A stretch of DNA of 64,000 bases, from contig NC_087451.1 in NCBI RefSeq assembly GCF_036321535.1, forward strand, positions 19,716,001-19,780,000, written 5' to 3'. The notes under the pieces were generated by a model. The model had not been told where the DNA came from. It saw only the letters and a list, made by a program, of their open reading frames with translations, and ran no database searches. A program made the position numbers and the translations under genes. Of the stretch, positions 53,292 through 64,000 are shown one piece after another (the stretch's first letter is position 1; every line of letters starts with the position of its first letter). Source of the stretch: Camelus dromedarius. Its lineage: Eukaryota.

Positions 53292-54240
53292 TGACAAGTG
53301 GCCTGGGGCCAACAAAGAAAAGTGGGAAAAGGCAGGAATCTCCAGTGTCCCAATGTAAACTTTTGCTCATTATGCCTTTATTACAATAAAATTAGCCTTG
53401 CAGAGTAGAAGTCCGCATCATGCCCCGACGCCATGACACTTCCAATCCAGACTAAGTAAGGACAAAAATCCCCCCTCCCCTCGGGAAAGTGGGGCTGGGA
53501 TGGAAATCAGGGAAGACGACCCCAAACCCTTCCCTCCCCAATGAATATTCCGCTCATTCATTTTTTCAACCTATGCAACCAACCTGTCAAAGAAACAGCG
53601 CAGCTGCTCACCTGAGCCTGCCCGCGCTTCCCTTCAGAAGGTACTATCTATCCCTTCATACATCCTCACTTTACTTTCTTAACCTCCATGTCTTATCTCT
53701 GAATTCTTTCTGGGAAAAGACAAGAACCTAATCACCGGTGTCGACTAAAATAAATGCACAGCCTAAACGTTGAGAGTTATGTTTTATTTGGCAGGAGGAC
53801 TCGAGCCGGGATGACAGCCTCTCAGATCGCTCTGAGGAACTGCTCCGAAGAGGCAGGGGAGGAGCTAGGTTATACAGGAGATTTACAACAAAGACCAGGT
53901 AGTTGGAACAGTAAAAGATTTCTTGTTATCTAAAGAAAACCAGGCACTTCAAGTTAAAGAATTTAGTGCTTTTCTGTGTATGGGAGGAAGCAAACATTTG
54001 GGCTCATTGAATTCATTCCTTTGACAAGCACCTAGCTATCTAGGGCCAGTATCCTGTCCTTTCTTATTCTGAGTCCCCTCAGAGGGCACCATTGTGAGTG
54101 GCTGCAGAGGCTGGGCTGCAGGCCCGTCCTCACTGGGGGGTGGCAGCAGCCGCTGAAGACTTGGTTTCAGCATTCTTTGCTTACTGATATGGTTGCAGTA
54201 TTTTCGTTCACACCGGGAACACTGGATCCTCACTAGCTAT
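53292..54240 (+). mobile_element. ERV-type LTR host, interrupted at 53739-54212
   Basis: LTR-like U3/R/U5 composition (gaattctttc...gacaagaacc); ends approximate. Confidence 0.5.
53739..54212 (-). mobile_element. ERV1-type solo LTR, 474 bp
   Basis: TGTCG...TTCACA termini, perfect TSD CCGG, tttatt near the left end. Confidence 0.8.
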
Positions 54241-54286
54241 TGGCTGCCTCCCTCGATTCCTTGCCATTTGGGCCTCCCTCATACAG

Positions 54287-54770
54287 TGTAACCGAGCAGG
54301 AGCCTGTGGGGCCTTCCAGGGCCAAACCCCTCCCGCATATCCTCTGCTGTAGCTCCTCTCTGAAGTACCCAGATAATAGTATTCATGAATATTTCCCGAG
54401 TTTTTCAGATGCTAAAAACCACCACCAAAGGGAAGAAATTAACTACTTGATGATTGAGAGCCCCTGACCTCCAGACCTCCTGGCACCAAGGGGTTGAAAG
54501 TGTTGACTGCCCTGTTCCCTCAACATCAACCAATCAGAGAATTGTGCACGAGCTGATCACATACTCTGTGACGCCGCCCACACCCACTTGTCTTTAAATA
54601 TGCTCTGCTGAAAAGCTTTGAGGAGTTTGTTTTCCTGGGCACGAGCCATCCCATCCTCCTTGCTCAGCCCTGCAATAAATCTTTCTCTGCTCCAGACTCC
54701 GACATTTCAGTTCGTTTGGCCTCATAGTGTGGCAGGCAAACGGGGTCACATGAACTTGCCTTCGGTAACA
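54287..54770 (+). mobile_element. ERV1-type solo LTR
   Basis: TGTAACC...GGTAACA termini, CCAATCAG, TTTAAA TATA-like, AATAAA at about 54675, TSD acag/aaag. Confidence 0.8.
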
Positions 54771-55583
54771 AAAGCAATTTGTTTATCAGAGGGCAAGCTG
54801 AGAAGGCAACAGAGGGGTTTGCTCTCACAAAGGAAGTTAGTCTTTTATAACCTAAGCATAGAATAGATACCCCATCACTTTAACCATTCATCTGAACCAA
54901 ATCTCTAAATCCAACCCTAGTCAAAAGGCAAGAAGATTACAAAAAAGGCATGAGCAGCAGTTGGGAATTACTGGGGGCCACTTTGGAGGTTTGCTTACCA
55001 CATCCATTCAATGCAAATTAAGTATGTCCTCAACTGAACCTCCTTCGCTGGATCCCCATAGTGCCCAAGGCCGTGCCGCCCCAGTGCTATGGGATGAGAT
55101 GCCGAAAGGGCTGGGGCTGGACTGGAAAGAGTAATGGACTGTGGTTCAGACTTTTGCAAATTTTATAGAAACATATGCCCATTTGAGCACATTTTGGGGG
55201 CCCTTCAAGGGGAGCCTGACAGGGGCCAACACAAGTAAGGGTCTGGGAAGCTTAAGTTTTAGTAGCCTCGTGGAAAATCAGTCTCTGCTCCTGCTCCCAA
55301 ATCTGAGGTCTCTGCTTTTCCAGGCCAGATCCTGACCCCTCCGTTGCCAGCAGTCCCTCCTCCACATTTCTTTTTGCCTTCGCTCCCAAATCCACTTTAT
55401 TTTCCTCCTTCTCCATTCCAGCCTCCTTTCAATTTAGGCACTTAGCAGAGGTTCAGGAAATGCGCGTTGGGTTTAATCGACATTTTCCCAGCACCTGTCA
55501 GCACTTCTCTCTGGTTCTCACCTCTTCTCAGTCTACTTTGTTTCTTCTCACCCCAAATAGAAAAAAAAAAAAAAAAAAATCAA

Positions 55584-55719
55584 GGGGCTAGGATATAGCT
55601 CAAGTGGTAGAGCACATGCTTAACATAGATGACTCTGGGTTTAATCCCCAGTACCGCCTCTAAAAATAAATAAATCAACCTAAATACCTCCCCCACCAAA
55701 AAAAAAAAAAAAAAAAAAA
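55584..55719 (+). mobile_element. tRNA-derived SINE (Vic-1-like)
   Basis: tatagctcaagtggtagagcacatgctta A-box, B-box, family tail, inserted in an A-run with aaaaatca on both sides. Confidence 0.85.
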
Positions 55720-58478
55720 TCAGAATATCAGTTTCTTCCCCAAGAGAAAATGCTTCTGAGCTCTCTGGACTGGTGCTCAGTGCAGTTGTGCGGCCCCAGC
55801 CCCGGCAATAAACTGAAAGACACAGCGAGGCTGCCTCTGCACTAGCGTTAAGAGTCTGCTAAACTCAAGGCTGTCTCCTCTTCTGGATCTGGCTGTATTT
55901 TTTGGATTTTTTTTTTTTTTTACAACAAAATGATAATTTCAGGACCATGTGAGGAGAGTTATAGATTTCACAGGCCCTTTTCTCTTATCGAATACACCCC
56001 CTCCGGCCCTCTCCCAGAGAGTGGGATTCTTCAATTGTCTACCTAGTGTTAAGACAATTAGCCTCCTAAACTGGTGCTTCTCCTCCAGAGGCCAGAGGGC
56101 TTGACTGTACCTTGCAGCAAAGTTTCTGTAAGCATGATCTGACTCTCATTCCAAGATGGGAGGAGTAGGGGAGAAGGGGGAGTGAGAGATTACTTTTCCT
56201 AAGGCAGAAATTGTGGGCGAGGGGTAGCATCCCATCTCAGCCTTTCTACCTTATAACCTAAGGGAAATCTTAAATCTGTGTAGATCCCATAAAGAGTTTA
56301 GTACCTATTAAATTACCCTGAATGTCCCTGGAGTCCCAACTGAAGTACACAGCAATTTGTTAGAAGGATATGGGTGTTAGCTCACAGAATCATGACCAGG
56401 TTGGGGGATGGGCAGGACCAAGGGAGCTTGGGGGTGGTGGGGCAGGAAACCGGAATCAGAATACACAGCCATGGACTACTAGCCCCAAGAGCTGCATCAG
56501 GACACAGCCACTGTGAGAGATAACTGCCGACACTCCTCTCATCCTTGCGCTACCCTCCAAGGTTCAGAGTTCTAGGAGAAAACATCCAGTAGGCCATGAT
56601 CAGGTCATGGGCCAGATGCTGGCTGTAGCAGGCATTGGGGAGAGACCCCATCAGATCCTACAGGAAGAGATGGACGCCCTTGCACAGAGACCACCAACAG
56701 TGGGAGAGAAAATCCCCCAGGAATTGTCCTTGAATCTTCTCTTGGCCTCTCTCACTTAAGGCTGTGTGACCTTGGGCAGGTTACTTAACTTCTCTGTGCT
56801 TTAGTTAGCTTATATGTAAAATAGGGATAATAATACCCACATTACAGAGATATTATGAGATAAAATTAGTTATTATTTATAAAGCACGTAGAACAATGCC
56901 TGGCACACAAAAAGAACTCCGTGGTTGTTAACTGAGTGCCACTGGAAAGGCGAGCAAGTGCTAATCTGAAAACAAAGCATAGAAACTCCCTCTCACTGGT
57001 ACAAAACCTTATGAGATAGTTGGCCAGCACTGGTGCTAGCCCATAAAGTGCCTTTGTGCCTTTAACCTTATGGTTAAAAGACAGTCCCTCTGAACAGATG
57101 TAGAGGTAGTTGGCTTGGAGGGGAGCAGCACCTTTATGAGATATAGAACAAAGTGGGGTCTCCTTGGCAGGGCATGGCTTGCCAAGCAGAGTGCAGACCG
57201 GAGTTCTGTTCTCACTCACCTCCTCTGCTGCCTGCTCTTGTGCAGTGCCCATCCTGCACAACCTTATATGGAGACCCTGTTGTCAGGTCCTCCACCCTTC
57301 TCTTCGGCTCTTTCTCTTCCTCCCACCTTCCAGTTAACCTCTTCTAGGCTTCTACTTGGGCAACATCAAGGCTGATAACAGCTATGTTTATTTTTGTAGC
57401 TATAGTCATATCTTCCGTGCTTTGTCCATCTGTTGATTCTAAAAGTTGAAACTCAATTAACAGTGTTTACCTTATATATTGTGACTATATAAATGTCTTT
57501 CATTGCAGAGCTAGTAATCACTAAGATTACATTTCCTTTCTTGAGGAAATGTTGGACTATTTTAAATTACCTTTTGAAAAACAATATTTGATACATTCAC
57601 AGGGTTATATGAAATGTATGTTATAAATGATTCTAATATAATGAACACCCATGTACCTATCACCCAGCTCAGGAACCACGAACCTACTGCCAATAAGCTG
57701 TATGTATCAGTGTAACCCTTCCTGTCCCATTTCCCTGTCTCCCCTGAGAAATAGCCACTATACTATATTTTATGTTTATCATTCCACTGCTGTTTATTTG
57801 TTTGTTTATTTATTTCCACTGCTTTAAAAAACACACCATGCAATCATAATGGCATGCATGTTTAAACAACGTTTTGCTAGATTGTGCTTGTTTACGAGCT
57901 CTAGAAAAATGGTGTCATGTTTTATGGTCTAGTCTGCTGGAAGTTACATTTTTCAGGAAACATTATATCCCCAAGATTTTTCCATGTTGTTTTGTGTTGC
58001 TGTTAGAACTGCTTGTTATGATTAAAAACTTCTAGGAACTTCAGGAAAAACTAGAACAGATTCAAGGAAGAAAACACAGTCCTGTTGGTCACCAGTTTGG
58101 CATGAGTGATGCTCCCAGTAGGCTCAGCCCTCCCTCCCTGTCCCCAACACTGCTCCCACGTGGTGTAGAAAACGCATCAGAGTTCTCCCATCCTCTGGCG
58201 GAGGAAGCTAGGGAATTTGTCCACCCACTCCCTCTCTGTCATTAATTCATGGGTCAGCCTTCATGGCTAATTGTTCTAGGGATGGTCTTTGTCCCTAACA
58301 GGGCCAGAGAATGTTTGGGATTGGGACTGAGAGGTCTCCGCTCTGGCAGCTAAAGGTGTAAGACAGAAAGCCTGGGGTGTAAGAGCCACGATTCTCACCA
58401 CGTGGACCAGAGAAGAGGAGAAGGTTGGTTTGCAGAGAAAGAGCAAGGTGCTCAGGGAGAAGCAGACCAGAGTCTGAG

Positions 58479-58811
58479 TGCTACAGTCTGAACGTTTATG
58501 TCCCCCAAGTTCACATGTTGGAAAACTAACTCCCGAGGTGATGGTTTTAGGAGGTGGGCCTTTGGGAGGCTCCGCCCTCATGAATAGGATTCATGTCCTT
58601 ATAAAAGAGACCCCACAGGGCTCCCTAGCTTTATGTGAGGACACAGCAAGAAGTTTGTGACCGGAATCAGACTGTCACCTCACCATGCTGGCCATGACAG
58701 CATCTTGTTCTTGGATTACCAGCCTCCAAAGCTATGAGAAATAAGTTTCTGCTCTTTATAAGCTCCTCAGTCCGTGGTATTTTGTGATAGCAGCCAGAAC
58801 AGAGTAAGACA
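58479..58811 (+). mobile_element. MaLR LTR (MLT1A-like)
   Basis: tgctacagtctgaa start, ccttataaaagagacccca, gaaataagtttctg, taagaca end; 5-bp TSD ctgag/cagag. Confidence 0.85.
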
Positions 58812-60006
58812 CAGAGGAAGACTCCTCACAGGATTTGAATTCCTGATTCTAACCATTCTGAGTGACCTCATGTGACCTCATGATCCATTATTAATACCCC
58901 TTAAATTAATTTTGCTTCCATTCCATCATTTGCAGCACTCATATGCAAGCGTGCCTGCCAAACACCTCTGTGTTTTTGCTCCTTCTGTTTGCTAGTGAAT
59001 GGTGCCAAACCATTACAACAATAACTTAACAATAATAACTCCACTTTCTGGGAATTTACCATGAACCAGAGTGCTTTTTGTTCATGATCTCATTCAATTC
59101 CCAAACCAAGCTGGAAACAAATATTACTGTCCTGGGTTACAGATGAGTAATCTGAGGCCATGTGATTCCTTCAGGTTCACAAGGTTGTTTATTCATCCCT
59201 CTGCCTGTTGGACCCAAAAGCCTGTGTTCTTAATCACATGTATCACTGTATTTGCAAAGCAAACCAACTCTGGTGGGATTCAAACTCACATCCCAAATTG
59301 GAAAGACTCTCATCTCATGAGAATTTCAGGGGCTAAGTGAGGTCTGGAAGCCCTTGTGATCAGGCTGCCGCAGGTGACTCAGATTTATTTTCCTATAGCT
59401 TAAAAGAGAGGTGAGAAAAATCTTCTCAGACTGTGTGAAGCCCCTAAATTGCCTCCTCATCCTCTGCCCTCCCCCTTCTGGTGCTGAGAGAAAAAGAAGA
59501 GAAAAGGTAAAAACTGGGGATGGAATGGGAACTGGGGACCTGATGTGAGCAGAGGTTGGGGAGGTAAGGGAGAAGATGGATGACGTGTGTAGAAGGCATA
59601 TCGAAATGTTTCCCTGGGGACAAGCTCCCCTCCTGCTCCATCAGGAGCACTTGGCATGGGGTTAGGGCAGAGGACATGGGAAGAGAGGAGACCCTCAGCG
59701 ACCACGGCTCTCAGGCAAAGGGAGGCATCAGACCCACAATTCTGAGTTGGGGCCCGAGGAGCAGGGTTTCCAGAAAGAGCTGGAGCTGAAGCTGTAGGTC
59801 CCCTCCCCCATTTGACACCCCCCCCCCTCCAGGAATATTCCATGGCAGTTAGTGGCCCTGTCCTGCTGAATGGGTTGTTTTTTCCCAGATCCCAGACCCT
59901 GAGGCGGCCACTGATGATAATATTTAAAAGATGAGGGACAACTGACTCTGGCAAGGGAATGGAGAGATGGGGTGGAGGATAGCAGGGAAGTCAGGGAGTG
60001 CTCAAG

Positions 60007-63000
60007 ATGGGGACAGGGGACATTAGGGATGAGTTTCCTGGGTCAGGAGGAGACAGCGATGAGCATCAGAAGACTAGAAACGGCTGGGAGGGCTGGGAAG
60101 CAGGATGGGGTGGAGGTGAGCCTGGAACAAGATGAAGGGGTGCAGAACTGCGTCTCCGCCCCGGCCAGTAACAGGCAATTGCCTGTGGACCAACATGTGC
60201 AGCGTCGCCGGGTCTCTCCGCTGCCCCTGCAATGGAGGATTACACACAGCTCCCGCTGGATAGCGCAGATGTTGGCCTCGGAGCTCAGCCTGATTGCCTT
60301 CATCTTGCTGCTGGTCATGGTCTTCTCCAAGAATTGGCTGTACCTCTCGAAGTGTCGGTTCTATCAGCGCTGGCCCACGAATGTTACCACCAGAATCTAC
60401 ACGACGGCTCACATCATGTCCATGGGGCTCCTGCAGATCTGCAAATCCAAGAGCTGTTCCAACTCAGAAGAATGGGAAAGGTGAGCCCCTTACACCCCCA
60501 TCCTACACCAGGGCGGCAGCCTGCCTTGGCCTGGCCATCAGCACCCCGGTATTCTTGGGCCTTCTCTCTGGTCATCCCCACTTTTTTGGCCTGTAAGATG
60601 GTTCCACTGGCCCCAAGACCCCCAGGGATCATTTTTCCTCCCCGATTAGCCTGACCCAATGGAAAGTGTCACTGCTTTTGATAAGGCTGGGGGAGCCAAG
60701 TCTGTGCTTGCGGAAATGTTGTGAGGGGCATGGCCTCTGGGCGCATGTGAATCACTCATGGGAGGTGGGGATGGCCATTCTCCAGACTTGCACACCCAGA
60801 GCTTGAGGAGGCCCCAGAATGCTCTCCCTCAGGCCCACATTCCTACCACTGGTCTTCTCTCCGGCCTCAGGCTTTGCTTTTCTGGGCCAGCTCTGGGTTT
60901 CCACATCTGGTTACCCTGTTCCTTCCTTCCCAGGTTTCTTGCGGCTACTTCATTCCCTAGTCTTGTTAGTTTCCTGTCGTGTTGTCCCCTCACCTCCCTG
61001 GTTTGGGCCTCCTTTCTCAGCGCTTTTGAACCTCACCCCCACCCCAATTCCACTTCTTCACCTTGCTAACATTAAAAAAAAAGTTACACAGCTGTTATTT
61101 ACTTCTATTATGAAAGCAACATGTCCTTATTCCAATAAATTTAGGGAAACATTTATGGCATACTTATCCTATTTGCTTAATTTAATCCTCAATCAATCCT
61201 AACAGCTAGAGATAATCATCCTTATTTTACCGATAAGAAAACAGACTCAGGTTACCTTGCTCAGGGTCATACAGCTATTAGGTTGAACATGAAATGACCA
61301 ATTTTTGACGTTTTTTTCACCGACAAAAAGGGCAAATTCATATGGATCAACCTAACAGTGGCAGGTTTACAATGGTAATTCAGGTGTGTCTGGCTCCAAA
61401 ACTCATGTAAGTATCTCCATGAGTTTTCGCTCCTCAGGGCTAGTCAAAGACAGTCTCCACTGGCTGTTGATTCAGCACTCGGTTGTTTCCAGGCTTCTTT
61501 TTGTCCTATTGAACATGTTTTGAATGATTTTTACATAGTTATATTCCTCATAAATAATTTTATATATTTTAAATTACTTTTATTATTTATTTTATATTAT
61601 TTTAAAATTTATCTTTAGGAGATATAATAAACATTTCCATATTATGACCGTCCTATTCAACTTAATAGATTTAGCATTTTTTATTTGACTATTTTGTCTA
61701 TTTTTGCTTTTAATTTTTATTTAAAGAAAATTTTTTTTCAGTTTTCTTTTGTGGGGGAGGTAATTAGGTTTATTTGTTTATTGTTAGTGGAGGTACTGGG
61801 GATTGAATCCAGGACCGCCTGCATGCTAAGCATCTGCTCTAACACTTTGAGCTATACTCTTCCCACTTATTTGTCTATTTTTGGCAAATTTATTTCCAGC
61901 TTCCTATTTGAGAAAAAAAAAAAGAAGCAAAAAAGTTGGTTAATCATAAAGTTTTTTCTGGGTTTAGTATTCTTTGGAAAAGATTTCCCAAAGTGGATTT
62001 ACTGGACCAAAGAATATAAATATTTTAAGGCTTTGAATAAAAATTTTCATGTTGCTTTCAAAAAGGATGATAGCATTTTATGCTTCCACTAACAATATAT
62101 AGGGGAGGGTATAGCTTAGGCAGTAGAGTACCTACTTAGCATGCAGGAAGTCCTGGGTTCAATCCCCAGTACCTCCTCTGAGAATAAATAAACCTAATTA
62201 CCTCTCCCCTCCCCCCTGCCAAAATAAAATAAGTAAATAATATAATAAATAAACAATATATGAAAAGGCTGTTGCATTGAAGCTCTGCCAGCAATGACTG
62301 TTAACTTTAAACATATGAGTAGGCAATTTCTTTCTGATTTAAAAAAAGTTGCATAGTCATTGTTAGAAATGCAGAAAGTTTAAGAAAGGAAATAAAAATG
62401 ACCTAAAATTTCTCCACACAGATGTAATCACAGTTGGCATTATACTGGATATACGTCTAGTCTTTTGTGTATCTATATAAAATAAATATATTCGTTTATT
62501 TTTATTTTTACAAATACATCCTTTTATTTTTTTCAAAATTGCCATCATTTTATATGCTGTGTGTTGCAAAGTCCACTTTTCAGTGGTAAGCATTTATTTG
62601 TACCAAAAAATCATTATTCTATAACTCACCTCTGTTTAAAATTTATTTGATTAGGTCGTGTATGTACAGAGTGAAAATTCAAAAAATACAATAGATTACA
62701 TAGTGAAGTAAGCCTCGCACCTGTGGCTCCCAGGTTTCCTCCTTAGTTTCTTCCTAGAGACATTCTGTTTAGAGACAACCAACTATCAGATCATCATTTT
62801 TTAATTCATTTTTTTATATCATCATTTTTAACAATCATATACTAACCCGCTCTATGGGTACACTATAATTTATTTAAGAAATATCTTATTAGACATATAA
62901 ATAATTCTGCAAAGAAGATCTTTGTACATAAATTTTTGTGCATTATCTTGGATTATTTCCTCAACATAAATTCCAGGAGGAAACATTGCTGGGTCAAAGG

Positions 63001-64000
63001 GCTTTAACAATTTAGATTTTAGAAAGGGGGATATTTTGTGCCACGTGACGCAGCAGAAATGCTGCCCACCAGCAGTGTGTCAAAGCCCCTCTTTTCTCTG
63101 ACTCCTTTCCTACACAAGATATCAGCAATTTTGTTTTGATCTTTGCTAATTTGATACATCAAAAGATCACATTTAATTTACAATTCTTTTTTTCCTTTTT
63201 CAGTTTTATTAGGTAGAATTATTACAGTTTGACTGCACATACACATTATATTGCATGTAAATACATATAAACAGTATACTGCATTTTTTGTTTTAGTTTA
63301 CATATATGTACTGATCATTGTTTCTAAGAACAGATCAGAGCTTTAGCTTTTTAAACTTACATAGTTATCAAAGGAATAAAGCCAACTACTAAATAAGAAT
63401 CAACAGAACGCGGTAATCCAATCATAAAGGACAGTCAAATGTGCTTACACATATTCAAGAAATCAGTCATCTAAGTTAAAAATAGTAAGTAGTTCATTTT
63501 GTCATTATTACTATTATTTTTTAGATTCTTCATGGAAATTATATCACATAGCTTTTTTCTTTCTCTTTATGGCCCACTTCACTTAGAATGATGATCTTCA
63601 GGTCCACCATACTGCTGCAAATGGCATTATTTTATTCTTTTTTTATGCACATTTAATTTACAATTCTTGGTGTTGGGTTTCAGGTGTTTGTTGGACATTC
63701 AAATACCTTTGAGAATTGCACTTCAAGTCCTCGGTCCATGTTTTCTGTTGAGGTATTTGTTTTCATGTGATTGGAATTATTAAGCAATTTCCACATCAAG
63801 AATCTCTGCCTATGTAACAAGCGGAAGTGGTATTTTATTGTTATCGCACATGTGCATTTCTCTGGTTATGAGGGGGCCTGAACATTTTCTCGTGTTTGCC
63901 CATTTGATTGTATTGTGTCTTTCATGAATCCTTGGTTCATCCTGTTTTCTCATTTTCCCTAGACAGTTTTAAGCTGTGGACAAACCACCCAGCCTTTGGG
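60007..64000 (+). CDS. ODF4: Outer dense fiber protein 4, partial (exon 1 to 60480; exon 2 from 63963 to window end); frame apparently disrupted
   Basis: Exon 1 encodes SPLPLQWRITHSSRWIAQMLASELSLIAFILLLVMVFSKNWLY...MSMGLLQICKSKSCS, donor AAG|GTGAGC at 60480/60481. Exon 2 after ttttccctag encodes DSFKLWTNHPAFG, matching my recollection of mouse ODF4 DNFKMWTIHPVFG. Two apparent +1 shifts (see findings), so it may be a pseudogene, an altered gene or contain sequence errors. Confidence 0.85.
61705..61864 (-). mobile_element. tRNA-derived SINE (Vic-1-like), ODF4 intron
   Basis: Reverse complement of head and tail (ggtaattaggtttattt...gaggtactggggattgaatccaggacc); tttgtctattttt flanks both sides. 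Confidence 0.85.
62102..62251 (+). mobile_element. tRNA-derived SINE (Vic-1-like), ODF4 intron
   Basis: ggggagggtatagcttaggcagtagag...gtcctgggttcaatccccagtacctcc, family tail, perfect TSD aacaatatat (62091-62100 and 62252-62261). Confidence 0.9.
63189..63647 (-). mobile_element. Chimeric retroposed insertion (L1 fragment plus non-L1 polyadenylated tail)
   Basis: Perfect 21-bp direct repeats cacatttaatttacaattctt at 63168-63188 and 63648-63668; T-tract and ttttatt at the left end; L1 3' fragment at about 63500-63647. Confidence 0.75.

Noticed and set aside
55740-55880. snoRNA-like or transcript-end-like segment with AATAAA
   Set aside because: No convincing box C/D or H/ACA arrangement and no family recognised.
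59972-60006. ORF-track start of ODF4 at 59972
   Set aside because: It is a GTG, not an ATG; a bacterial-style start call not applicable here.
62102-62175. tRNA-Ala(AGC) gene, and likewise the other five copies
   Set aside because: tRNA-like head with broken stems, followed by a SINE tail, A-run and TSD; these are SINEs.

Overview
Mammalian genomic DNA, probably a camelid (six copies of a tRNA-Ala-derived SINE resembling the camelid Vic-1 type), syntenic with human 17p13.1. Gene order: PFAS (+, complete, 27 coding exons, 1338 aa), RANGRF/MOG1 (+, 5 exons, 186 aa), SLC25A35 (-, 5 exons, 300 aa, tail-to-tail with RANGRF), ARHGEF15/Ephexin5 (+, 15 coding exons, 844 aa) and the 5' part of ODF4 (+). 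I traced all exon boundaries by hand; they give continuous frames except in ODF4. Intergenic and intronic DNA is rich in L1, L2, MIR, MaLR, nested ERV1-type solo LTRs and hAT fragments, with six N-runs. Most notable observations: (1) ODF4 carries two apparent +1 frameshifts, each with a possible built-in bypass (downstream ATG; tandem acceptor 4 nt downstream); (2) a CCAAT array with 31-bp periodicity inside the ARHGEF15 3'UTR; (3) a candidate three-exon 119-codon ORF between PFAS and RANGRF; (4) a young L1/mRNA-tail chimeric insertion with a perfect 21-bp TSD; (5) a poly(A) signal overlapping the RANGRF stop codon; (6) an out-of-frame uORF overlapping the ARHGEF15 start; (7) a GC-AG intron in PFAS. 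Orthologue comparisons and repeat family names come from memory and need database confirmation.
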